A stretch of 64,000 nt of DNA from an uncultured Gemmatimonadaceae bacterium (lineage in GTDB: Bacteria; Gemmatimonadota; Gemmatimonadetes; Gemmatimonadales; Gemmatimonadaceae), in NCBI GenBank assembly GCA_963781585.1, contig CAWAGQ010000004.1, positions 128,001 through 192,000 of the forward strand, read 5' to 3'. Numbering within the stretch: the first letter of the stretch is position 1; every line of letters starts with the position of its first letter. The position numbers and the translations under genes were made by a program. Below, one piece after another: positions 10,545 through 19,055 of this stretch. Below the pieces are notes generated by a model. That model worked only from the letters and a program-made list of their open reading frames with translations, was not told the DNA's origin and did no database searches.

Positions 10545-10984
10545 CCACCCGCAACTGGGACGCCGAACTGAAGAAGATCGACCGGCAACTGGAGCAGACG
10601 TCCGACGAGGCGCTCCTGCCTGCGAAGACGGCGCCCACGCCGGCGGCTCGCGCCGAAGCAGTGGAGAAGCAGCGGACTACATCCACGCTCGGAGTGATGG
10701 CTCGGCTCGTGCTTTCCGTGGCGCTCGGCGTGGGGATGGTGTTCTGGCCGTATTCGGCGCGCTGTGGTACGGGGCTGTTCGCCTATCTCGGAGCGGTTGC
10801 TGTCGTTGTCACCGGCGGGATCTGGTCATCCATCTGGACATGGCGTCACCGTGCGGTCAAGGCGCACATTCTGTCGTTGCTGCTCGTTCTCTGGGGCGGA
10901 TTGCTCGCGGCCCAGGAGATTCTGCCACGTGTGGGCTACGCGACGCCGTCGCCGACCCATCCCGCCGAGTGGATGTGCGGGTGA
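10541..10984 (+). CDS. Hypothetical membrane protein (3 TM)
   Basis: GTG start overlaps the previous stop (GTGA). [16 protein letters not shown]... followed by three hydrophobic helices. Confidence 0.75.
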   Translation: MTTRNWDAELKKIDRQLEQTSDEALLPAKTAPTPAARAEAVEKQRTTSTLGVMARLVLSVALGVGMVFWPYSARCGTGLFAYLGAVAVVVTGGIWSSIWTWRHRAVKAHILSLLLVLWGGLLAAQEILPRVGYATPSPTHPAEWMCG

Positions 10985-10987
10985 GAG

Positions 10988-11056
10988 AGGCCATAGACGG
11001 CAGGCCATAGGTCAAAGGTCAAGGGTCAAAGGCCACAGGTCAAAGCCACAGGTCGC
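10988..11056. repeat. Degenerate heptamer tandem array (AGGTCAA/AGGCCAC), about 10 units
   Basis: aggccat agacggc aggccat aggtcaa aggtcaa gggtcaa aggccac aggtcaa agccac aggtcgc. Confidence 0.8.
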
Positions 11057-11204
11057 ACGCCAGCTGCCACAGGCGAACGTTCACACGTCAACAGCAACCG
11101 CACAGCCCAAGGGTCACATCAGGTAAGTTTCCGGTCAGACGTCGGCACGATCTCGCGGGCGCCGCTGGTCGCTGAGCCCCGCGCGCTGCTGGCCGATTGC
11201 CGCC

Positions 11205-11246
11205 CGCTTATCGCTGACAGCTGACCGCTGAGAACTGACAACTGCC
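11205..11246. repeat. Degenerate heptamer tandem array (CGCTGAC/AACTGAC), about 6 units
   Basis: cgcttat cgctgac agctgac cgctgag aactgac aactgcc. Confidence 0.75.
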
Positions 11247-11254
11247 CTTATCCG

Positions 11255-12751
11255 ATGCCCCCCAGCTTCAAGAACTTCATTGGCGGCCGGTGGGTCGAGC
11301 CCTCGACCGCCGAGTATTTCGACAACGTCAATCCGGCCGACACGTCCGACGTTGTCGGGCGCTTCCCGCTTTCCGGGCCCGACGATGTGAATCGCGCTGT
11401 CGCGTCTGCAATGCGTGGTTTCGACATCTGGCGCCGAACCCCTGCGCCCTTACGCGGTGAGGTGCTGCGCCGAGTCGGCGACCTTCTCGCGAGCCGGAAG
11501 GAAGAAATCGCGGACCTGATGACGCGCGAGATGGGCAAGCCCCTCGCAGAAACGCGAGGGGACGTGCAGGAAGGGATTGATACCGCGTACTACGCGTCGT
11601 CGGAGGGGCGACGCCTCTTCGGGCATACGGTGCCCAGCGAGCTGCGCAACAAGTGGGCGATGAGCTATCGCCGTCCCATCGGGGTGTGCGGCATCATCAC
11701 GCCGTTCAACTTTCCCATGGCGATTCCCACGTGGAAGATGTTCCCGGCGCTGCTGTGCGGAAACGCCTGCGTGTTCAAGCCTGCCGGAGACGTGCCGCAT
11801 ACTGGGACCGTGCTGGTGCAGATTCTCCTCGATGCGGGGCTCCCGCCTGAGGTCATCCAGCTCGTGCACGGATCGGGTGCCAACGCCGGGGCGGCGATCA
11901 TCGGGCACCCGGACGTGCCCGTGGTGTCCTTCACCGGCTCCACTGAGACTGGCAGCGCGGTCGGCGAAACCTGTGGCCGGCTTCACAAGCGTCTGTCTCT
12001 GGAGATGGGAGGGAAGAACGCGGAGATCGTGCTGGACGACGCCGACCTGGGACTCGCGCTGGAGGGGGTCCTGTGGGGCGCGTTCGGCACCACGGGCCAA
12101 CGCTGCACCGCCACGTCGCGGCTCATTCTGCAGGCGGGGATCCACGACCAATTCGTGGAAATGCTCGTTGACCGCGCCGGCCGGCTCCGGCTTGGAGATG
12201 GCCGTGCGGCCGGAACGGACGTTGGGCCGCTCATCCACGAAGACGCGGTGGCGAAGGTCGAAAGCTATGTCGCCATCGGGCGCGGCGAGGGCGCGACGCT
12301 CAAACTGGGCGGCGAGCGGGCAACGGACCCGGAACTCCGGCGTGGTCACTTCTTCCAGCCGACGATCTTTACCGACGTGCGTCCCGGGAGCCGTCTGGAA
12401 CAGGAGGAGATCTTCGGGCCGGTATTGTCCGTCATCAAGGTGGACTCGGTCGACAGCGCGTTCGCCGTCAACAACGACGTGCGGTATGGCCTCTCGTCCT
12501 CGGTGTACACGAGCAACGTGGACGCGGCCTTTCGGGCGTTGCAGGAGCTCGACAACGGCATCACATATGTGAACGCGCCGACGATAGGAGCCGAGGCCCA
12601 TCTTCCGTTCGGGGGCGTGAAGCAGACCGGAAACGGTCACCGGGAGGGGGGATGGGAAGTGTACGAGTTCTATTCGGAGACGAAGGTGGGCTACGTGGAC
12701 TTCTCCGGGGCGCTTCAGCGCGCGCAGATCGACACCTATGGTACGGAATGA
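11255..12751 (+). CDS. Aldehyde dehydrogenase family protein
   Basis: ITPFNFP, SFTGS, LEMGGKN (catalytic Glu), GQRCTA (catalytic Cys), EEIFGPV, PFGG. Confidence 0.95.
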   Translation: MPPSFKNFIGGRWVEPSTAEYFDNVNPADTSDVVGRFPLSGPDDVNRAVASAMRGFDIWRRTPAPLRGEVLRRVGDLLASRKEEIADLMTREMGKPLAETRGDVQEGIDTAYYASSEGRRLFGHTVPSELRNKWAMSYRRPIGVCGIITPFNFPMAIPTWKMFPALLCGNACVFKPAGDVPHTGTVLVQILLDAGLPPEVIQLVHGSGANAGAAIIGHPDVPVVSFTGSTETGSAVGETCGRLHKRLSLEMGGKNAEIVLDDADLGLALEGVLWGAFGTTGQRCTATSRLILQAGIHDQFVEMLVDRAGRLRLGDGRAAGTDVGPLIHEDAVAKVESYVAIGRGEGATLKLGGERATDPELRRGHFFQPTIFTDVRPGSRLEQEEIFGPVLSVIKVDSVDSAFAVNNDVRYGLSSSVYTSNVDAAFRALQELDNGITYVNAPTIGAEAHLPFGGVKQTGNGHREGGWEVYEFYSETKVGYVDFSGALQRAQIDTYGTE

Positions 12752-13073
12752 CGGTGTGGCGGAACGCGCAGGGTGTTCGTCAGGCTTCGATGGGGCTGGT
12801 GTGACGTGTCGGCGACACCAGCGCCATCTGGAGCAGCCCACGGCGCACCGGCGGCCGGGCACCGGGCCGGCGGTATGAGGTTTGCGATTTGTGGTGGACG
12901 CCCTGAGTGGGCGATCGACAGGGCCGATGCGCGGCGGAATATCGCGTGCGATGCTGAACGGCCGGCGGGTCGCGTCGTGCGTGATCGCACACGCGCGACG
13001 ACTTGACACGCTGTGCGATGTCCCGCATTCACTTGCGGGAGATGGAGGCAGCGAATTAATTGACCGCGTACCT

Positions 13074-13460
13074 ATGAAGTTGTCGCAGGGTGAGCGAGAT
13101 GCGCTGGTTTTGCGTGTCGAGGAGCGTCTTGGCGGGCGGGGCGTGGATCGCGCCGACGTTCGGTGGGCGGTGGATCGTGTGCTCGCGCGTCTCGGTCTGC
13201 CTGACGAGTCACCCGCGAGTCCGTCGGAAGTTTTCGCCTTGAGTGCGGCCTCCATGCCAGATCTTTCATCACGCGTCCGTGAGCAGTTGACCCGCATGGG
13301 TGTGGCGCACTGCGAGAACGGCACGGCAACCGCCGGTCGGTTTACGGTCGTGACGTTGCGCGGGCACGACCTGGCGCGATCGCGGATCGATGACCTGGCG
13401 CAGGCCGTCGGCGCGCAGGTACAGGTAATCGATTCCGCCGAAGCGGGGAGCGCCGCATGA
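13074..13460 (+). CDS. Hypothetical protein, C-terminal half possibly ACT-like
   Basis: ATG follows an AT-rich patch. Stop overlaps the lepB start (ATGA). TTGACA at 13003-13008 upstream. Confidence 0.6.
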   Translation: MKLSQGERDALVLRVEERLGGRGVDRADVRWAVDRVLARLGLPDESPASPSEVFALSAASMPDLSSRVREQLTRMGVAHCENGTATAGRFTVVTLRGHDLARSRIDDLAQAVGAQVQVIDSAEAGSAA

Positions 13461-14236
13461 GCGACTCCATCTCCGTGCGGGTGCCCACACCGACCATTTC
13501 GGAAAACGAACGTGCCCATGCACTGCGGCAGGTGAATCGACAGCGCGGTCGGGCCCTGCGGCTGGCGGTGGAGTGGGCGCGGTCGTTCCTGGTCGCGATC
13601 GTGGTCTTCCTCCTGGTCCGCGCGTTTCTCGTCGAGGCGTTCAAGATCCCGAGCGGCAGCATGGAAGGGACGCTGCTGGTGGGCGACTTCCTGCTCGTGA
13701 ACAAACTCGTCTACGGAGCCGAAGTCCCGTTCACGCACGTGCGGTTGCCGGCGGTTCGAACCCCGCACCGCGGCGACGTGGTGGTCTTTCAGTGGCCGGA
13801 AGATCCCAGCAAGAACTTCGTGAAGCGGCTCGTCGGCCTGCCGGGCGATACCCTCGCGATGCGCGACGGCAAGCTCATTCGCAACAGCGTCCCGTTGCGG
13901 GAAGCGTATGTGCGGCACACCGAGCCAGGCGTGGACCCGAGCGGCGAGGACTTCCGTTGGCAGCGAGACCATCTCGTCCGCACCGCCGAAGCCTCAGAGA
14001 GCTATCACCCGTCCCGGGACAATTGGGGTCCGATCGTCGTGCCACCCCAGGAATATTTCATGCTGGGTGACAATCGCGACAACTCGCTCGACAGCCGGTA
14101 CTGGGGATTCGTACCCGACAGCCTGATTCGCGGAGAACCTCTGATCATCTACTACAGTTACCAGCCCGATGCGGGGACGAGCGCCGCCTGGCTCACCCGC
14201 ATCCGCTGGCATAGGCTGGGCGCTCGGGTTCGCTGA
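13457..14236 (+). CDS. lepB: Signal peptidase I
   Basis: IPSGSM (Ser), FVKR (Lys), GDNRDNSLDSRYWG. Confidence 0.95.
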   Translation: MSDSISVRVPTPTISENERAHALRQVNRQRGRALRLAVEWARSFLVAIVVFLLVRAFLVEAFKIPSGSMEGTLLVGDFLLVNKLVYGAEVPFTHVRLPAVRTPHRGDVVVFQWPEDPSKNFVKRLVGLPGDTLAMRDGKLIRNSVPLREAYVRHTEPGVDPSGEDFRWQRDHLVRTAEASESYHPSRDNWGPIVVPPQEYFMLGDNRDNSLDSRYWGFVPDSLIRGEPLIIYYSYQPDAGTSAAWLTRIRWHRLGARVR

Positions 14237-14308
14237 CCATACAATGCCCGGTTCGTCGTTGACATCCGGCGTGCGCACGGGCGCACCGCGATAGGCGGGA
14301 GAACTTCA

Positions 14309-15172
14309 GTGGGAGTAGGGCGCGTCGTCACCAAGAAGTCCTCGTTCGACGAGGGCTCGCTCGACCAGTACCTCCGTGACATCAGCGCGTATCCGCTCAT
14401 CTCGCGCGAGGAGGAGGTCGAGCTCGCCCGACGCATCCGCGGCCAGGACCAGGAGGCGCTCGACAAGCTGGTGCGCAGCAACCTCCGGTTCGTGGTGTCG
14501 GTCGCCAAGAAGTATCAGAACCAGGGCGTCTCTCTTTCGGACCTGATCAACGAAGGCAACCTGGGTCTCATCCGGGCCGCGCACAAATTCGACGAGACCA
14601 AGGGGATCAAGTTCATCTCCTACGCCGTCTGGTGGATCCGCCAGGCGATCCTCCAGGCCCTCGCCGAGCAGTCACGGATCGTGCGGGTCCCGCTCAATCG
14701 GGCCGGGACCCTTCATCGCATTGGCAAACGCGCGAACACGTTGCTCCAGGAGCTGGGTCGCGAGGCGACCCACGCCGAGATCGCCGATGGTATGGACATC
14801 TCGGAGGAAGAGGTCGCCAAGACGATGTCGATCTCTCAGACCCATCTGTCGCTCGACGCACCGCTTACGCCCGGCGAAGACAACAAGCTCCTGGACTATC
14901 TGCCCGACAACCTGAATCCCACGCCGGACGAGCAGACATTCGAGAAGGCGCTCACCGAGTCGATCGAGGAAGCGCTGGGCAGTCTCAAGGAGCGTGAAGC
15001 AAAGATCCTCCGACTCTATTTCGGGCTTGACGGCAGCGAGCCCATGACCCTCGAGGAGATCGGATCCCTCCTGGGCATCACGCGAGAGCGGGTGCGCCAG
15101 ATCAAGGAGAAGGCGCTGTCCCGTCTACGGCACGTCTCGCGCGCCCGCGCTCTGGAGTCGTTTCTGGGATAG
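14309..15172 (+). CDS. RNA polymerase sigma-70 factor, RpoD/SigA-like, lacking region 1.1
   Basis: YLRDI (region 1.2), NLRFVVSVAKKY, DLINEGNLGL, KFISYAVWWIRQAI, TLEEIG...TRERVRQI. Confidence 0.95.
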   Translation: MGVGRVVTKKSSFDEGSLDQYLRDISAYPLISREEEVELARRIRGQDQEALDKLVRSNLRFVVSVAKKYQNQGVSLSDLINEGNLGLIRAAHKFDETKGIKFISYAVWWIRQAILQALAEQSRIVRVPLNRAGTLHRIGKRANTLLQELGREATHAEIADGMDISEEEVAKTMSISQTHLSLDAPLTPGEDNKLLDYLPDNLNPTPDEQTFEKALTESIEEALGSLKEREAKILRLYFGLDGSEPMTLEEIGSLLGITRERVRQIKEKALSRLRHVSRARALESFLG

Positions 15173-15180
15173 CGAGCGGT

Positions 15181-15270
15181 CCGAATCGCCCGTCGCGCGT
15201 CCAAGGGGTGGTCCGGTTGGCCCGTCGGGCGCCCAAGGGGGGCCGGATCGCCCGTCGCAGGCGCCAGCGG
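15181..15270. repeat. Three degenerate tandem copies of an approximately 31-bp unit
   Basis: ccgaatcGCCCGTCGcgcgtccaagggg / ccggttgGCCCGTCGggcgcccaagggg / ccggatcGCCCGTCGcaggcgcca. Confidence 0.7.
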
Positions 15271-15320
15271 TTTCGCCGCCCCCGCCGGTGCCAATCCGGG
15301 GCAACGCTAGATTCCCTCCC

Positions 15321-16703
15321 ATGAAGTTCTCCATTCTCACGCTCGGTTGCGACAAGAACACCGTCGACACCGAGCGGTATCGGGCCGAACTGGTGGCGCT
15401 CGGCGCCGAACTCGCTCCCGAGGCCGGCGACGCCGATGTCGTCCTGGTCAATACCTGCGGGTTCATCGATGCCGCGAAGAAGGAGTCGATCGATACCCTG
15501 CTCGAGGCCGCACAGCTCAAGGAATCGGGACGCTGTCGCTTCGTCGCCGCCATCGGCTGCATGGTGGAGCGGCACGAGCGTGAATTGCGCGACGCGCTCC
15601 CCGAAGTGGATCTCTTCCTCGGCACGTCCACCGTCGACCGGCTGGCGCCGGAACTCGCCAGCCGAGGGTTCCTGTCCGAGTCCCCCCTGCTGCGCCATCC
15701 GGGGATGCGTCTCTACTCGGGTGACCTGCCCCACGTGCGCTATCTCAAGATCAGCGAAGGCTGCGATCATGGGTGCGCCTTCTGCGCCATTCCGCTGATG
15801 CGGGGGCGTCACCGGTCTTTCGACCCTGGTGACGTGGTGCGCGAGGCACAGCTGCTCGAAGCGCAGGGGGCGCGCGAGGTCAACCTCGTCGCGCAGGACT
15901 TGGCGCACTATGGGCGGGATGCGCGCACTGGTGCCGGGCTGCCGGAACTGCTCGAGGCCCTGCTCGAGAACACCACCATCCCGTGGTTCCGACTGCTTTA
16001 CATCTACAGCGCCGGGCTCTCGTCGCGGATGCTCGAACTCATGGCTCGGGAATCCCGCATCGTGCGATATCTCGACATCCCCATGCAGCATGCTGCCGAC
16101 AGCGTGCTGCAACGGATGCGGCGACCCGAGCGCAAAGCCGCGCAGCGGAGGCGGCTGCGGGCGATTCGCGAAGCCATTCCCGACGTCGCAATCCGGACCA
16201 CCGTGATCGTGGGCTTCCCTGGCGAGACGACAGCCGAGTTCGAGGAGTTGCTCGAATTCCTGGAGGAGGCTCGCTTCGAGCGGGTGGGAGCGTTCACATA
16301 TTCCGCACAGGAAGGCACCAGGTCCGCCGCGATGGCCGATGACGTGCCGGATGAGATCAAGCGCGAACGCCACGAGCGCGTCGTTGAGCTGCAGCGGCTG
16401 ATCACCGGTGAGCGGTACGAGCGCCTGGTGGGGCGCCGTGTGCGCGCGGTGGTCGATCGGGCCGCCGACGAGGGGGCGCCCGCGCAGGCAAGAACGGATG
16501 CCCAGGCCGACGACATTGACGGCGTGACGTGGGTGGAGACAGACGCTCCCCCTGGCAGTCTGATCGAGGTGCGCCTCGATTCCGTGGTGGACGACTACGA
16601 CTTCTCGGCGACACAGATGCGGGAAGTGGAGCGCTTCAGCGCCGTCCGCCCCCGCCGGAGGGAGCTGCCGATGATGAGCAGCGCCGGCGCCTACGGTCGC
16701 TGA
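15321..16703 (+). CDS. rimO: Ribosomal protein S12 methylthiotransferase
   Basis: TLGCDKNTVD, NTCGFI, YLKISEGCDHGCAFC radical-SAM motif, C-terminal TRAM-like region. Confidence 0.93.
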   Translation: MKFSILTLGCDKNTVDTERYRAELVALGAELAPEAGDADVVLVNTCGFIDAAKKESIDTLLEAAQLKESGRCRFVAAIGCMVERHERELRDALPEVDLFLGTSTVDRLAPELASRGFLSESPLLRHPGMRLYSGDLPHVRYLKISEGCDHGCAFCAIPLMRGRHRSFDPGDVVREAQLLEAQGAREVNLVAQDLAHYGRDARTGAGLPELLEALLENTTIPWFRLLYIYSAGLSSRMLELMARESRIVRYLDIPMQHAADSVLQRMRRPERKAAQRRRLRAIREAIPDVAIRTTVIVGFPGETTAEFEELLEFLEEARFERVGAFTYSAQEGTRSAAMADDVPDEIKRERHERVVELQRLITGERYERLVGRRVRAVVDRAADEGAPAQARTDAQADDIDGVTWVETDAPPGSLIEVRLDSVVDDYDFSATQMREVERFSAVRPRRRELPMMSSAGAYGR

Positions 16704-16755
16704 TCGTGTTGATGGGGTGTGTGGCGCGTGATGACCGGCGAACGGCGGTGCGCCG

Positions 16756-18031
16756 GTGAACCTGTCGCGAACGTGGACGTGCCGGCCGCCCGGTGCCTGG
16801 ATGGCGGTGCTTGCGTTGGCAGGGGCTGTGCTCTCCGGCGGGATCATTCCGGCGCGCGGGGGACAGGCACCATCGTCGCGTCCGGTTCGGGTACTGCTTG
16901 CGGTGCAGCGCGACGAGGCGCCGGTGCATGCGTCGGTGTCGTGGCGGCTCGTCGACGGGAGTCGCCACGTGATCGCCCGCGCCGACCCGGGCGCTGAGTG
17001 GATGATGCAGCGCGAGGGGGGACGCGTGCGCGCCGTCGGTCCGTCGGGCGAGCACTCTGCCTGGTTCGAGGGGCCGGCGACCCTCGAGCTCTCCGATACA
17101 AGCGGGCTTCTGTTGTGGAACGCGCGCCACTTTCGCGGCGTGCTGGTCTACGTGCCGATCGACACTGCGCTGTTGGTCATCGACCGGCTCGGTGTGGAGG
17201 ACTATCTCCGTGGGGTCGTTCCGCTGGAGGCGGGAACCGGGCTCCCTGCCGAACACGCGGCCGTGGAAGCCCAGGCTGTGGCGGCGCGGAGCTTCACCTA
17301 TACCAGGATGCTGGCCGCCGGGGCGCGGCCGTACGATCTCACGGCGTCTTCGACCGACCAGGTGTTCGGGGGCGTGGACGTGGAGACGTTCATCGGCGAT
17401 CTGGCGGTGGACGCGACCGCCGGCTGGGTGCTGAGCTACGCCGGTCAGGTGGTCAACGCGCCGTATCACTCCACCTGTGGTGGGAACACGGCTGCGCCGG
17501 ACGAAGTGTGGAAGACGGCGAGCGTGCCGTATCTGCAGCCGGTGAGCGACCGCATTCCGGGCACCGATCGGTTCTACTGCGACATCGCGCCCCGATTTCA
17601 CTGGGAGCGAGCCCTGGGGGCCGACGAGCTGACGGCGGCAGTGGAGCGCTACGCGCGTGCGTACGCTCCAGTGCCTTCGGGGGGGGGTGGGTGGGGTGCG
17701 CGCGGTTGTGGTGGAGGGGACGACGCCGTCGGGGCGCGTGAGCGCGGTCTCGATCGTGGCGGACCGCGCGCGACTGCGGATCGCGGGCAACGACATGCGA
17801 TACGTACTGCGCGCAGTCGGTGGCGAGATCCTGCCCAGCACGTATTTTTCGCTGCACCCGGAGACCGCGGCCAACGGGCGGCTGGCGCGGCTGGTAATTC
17901 GTGGCCAGGGCAACGGACACGGTGTGGGGATGTGCCAGTGGGGCGCGATCGGGCGGGCGCGGGCTGGCCAGGACTTCCGGGCGATTCTTCGGGCATATTA
18001 TCCTGGCGCGCAGCTCATGCGCGCTCCCTGA
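16756..18031 (+). pseudogene. SpoIID/LytB domain peptidoglycan lytic transglycosylase, frameshifted at a G9 tract (true frameshift or sequencing error)
   Basis: EDYLRGVVPLE, AQAVAARS, DQVFGG and YHSTCGG lie in the first frame. The conserved GQGNGHGVGMCQWGA...ILRAYYPG C-terminus lies in another frame after G9 at 17679-17687. Confidence 0.85.
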
Positions 18032-18050
18032 TTCGTTAGGCACGCCGGGG

Positions 18051-19055
18051 ATGACAGCCGACGTTCGACTCGCGGTGGTGGGGGCGGGAGCGATTGCCCA
18101 GGTGGCGCACCTGCCCGTGCTCTCGAAGATGCGAGGGGCGCGCCTGGTCGCGCTCTGCGACAATGATCGCGCCAAGGCCCGCGCGCTGGCCGACCGGTTC
18201 GCGGTTCCCGATGTGTTTGCCGACATCGACGACCTGTTCGCGTACGACAACATGGACGCCGTCGTGATCGCGACTCCGAACCATCTTCACGAACCGCATG
18301 TCCTGGAGGCCCTGGCGGCGGGGATCGACGTCCTGTGCGAGCGGCCCCTGTCGCTGCACTCTCGAGGGGTCGAGGGCATTCTGGCCGCGGCGGCCGCCGG
18401 AGGGCGCAAGGTCCTGGTCGGGAACAACCACCGCTTCCGCAGCGACGTACAGGCGCTCGATCGCTTTCTGCGCGGCGGCGAGCTCGGAAGGCTGAACGGC
18501 ATCCGCGCGGGGTCCTATCACACGCGGGGCCTGGTGGAAGGCTGGCGGCTCCGGCGGGCCGAATCGGGCGGCGGTGCGCTTCTCGAGCATGGCTTCCCGC
18601 TCCTTGACCTCGCGCTCTGGCTTGCGGACTTTCCCCCGCCGCAGCGTGTCTGGGCGCACATGCGGCCGGGGCGCGCCGGGAACGAAGTGGAAGAGGAGGC
18701 GCTGGTCACGATCGAATGCGCGACCGGGGTGGCGTTCACGGTCGACGTGTCGTGGTCATACGTTGGCAGCGACGATCGCTGGTGGTTCGAAGCGCTGTCC
18801 TCGCGCGGGAGCGCGCGGCTGGCGCCGCTGCGCGTCCGGAAGGAGATCAATGGCAAGCCCGTGGACGTCTCTCCCATGGGGGCCGCGGCGCGGGAGAGCG
18901 CGTTCATCCAGTCGTACCGCGCCGAGCTCGCCCACTTCCTGGCCGTGGCGCGCGGCGAGAGCGCCTACGAGCCGCCCGCCGATCAGGTCGTGGTGCACCG
19001 GATCGTCGAGGCCGCGTATCGGTCCGCCGACGAGGGATGCGAAATCCGCCTGTGA
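18051..19055 (+). CDS. Gfo/Idh/MocA family oxidoreductase
   Basis: VVGAGAIA Rossmann motif, ATPNHLH, LCERP (variant of CEKP), SGGGAL. Confidence 0.9.
   Translation: MTADVRLAVVGAGAIAQVAHLPVLSKMRGARLVALCDNDRAKARALADRFAVPDVFADIDDLFAYDNMDAVVIATPNHLHEPHVLEALAAGIDVLCERPLSLHSRGVEGILAAAAAGGRKVLVGNNHRFRSDVQALDRFLRGGELGRLNGIRAGSYHTRGLVEGWRLRRAESGGGALLEHGFPLLDLALWLADFPPPQRVWAHMRPGRAGNEVEEEALVTIECATGVAFTVDVSWSYVGSDDRWWFEALSSRGSARLAPLRVRKEINGKPVDVSPMGAAARESAFIQSYRAELAHFLAVARGESAYEPPADQVVVHRIVEAAYRSADEGCEIRL

Noticed and set aside
12976..12991. CGTGC-N6-GCACA palindrome upstream of TTGACA (13003) as a CRP site
   Set aside because: Only 7/10 match in a GC-rich background, no convincing -10 box, and non-canonical spacing.
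11450..13972. 840-aa minus-strand ORF, and similar long antisense ORFs (40526-42844, 25084-26883, 15102-16847)
   Set aside because: These are shadow frames of well-supported genes in high-GC DNA, Arg/Pro-rich with no recognisable motifs.
15181..15270. Possible mini-CRISPR
   Set aside because: Units are adjacent without unique spacers, they are degenerate, and there are no cas genes in the window.
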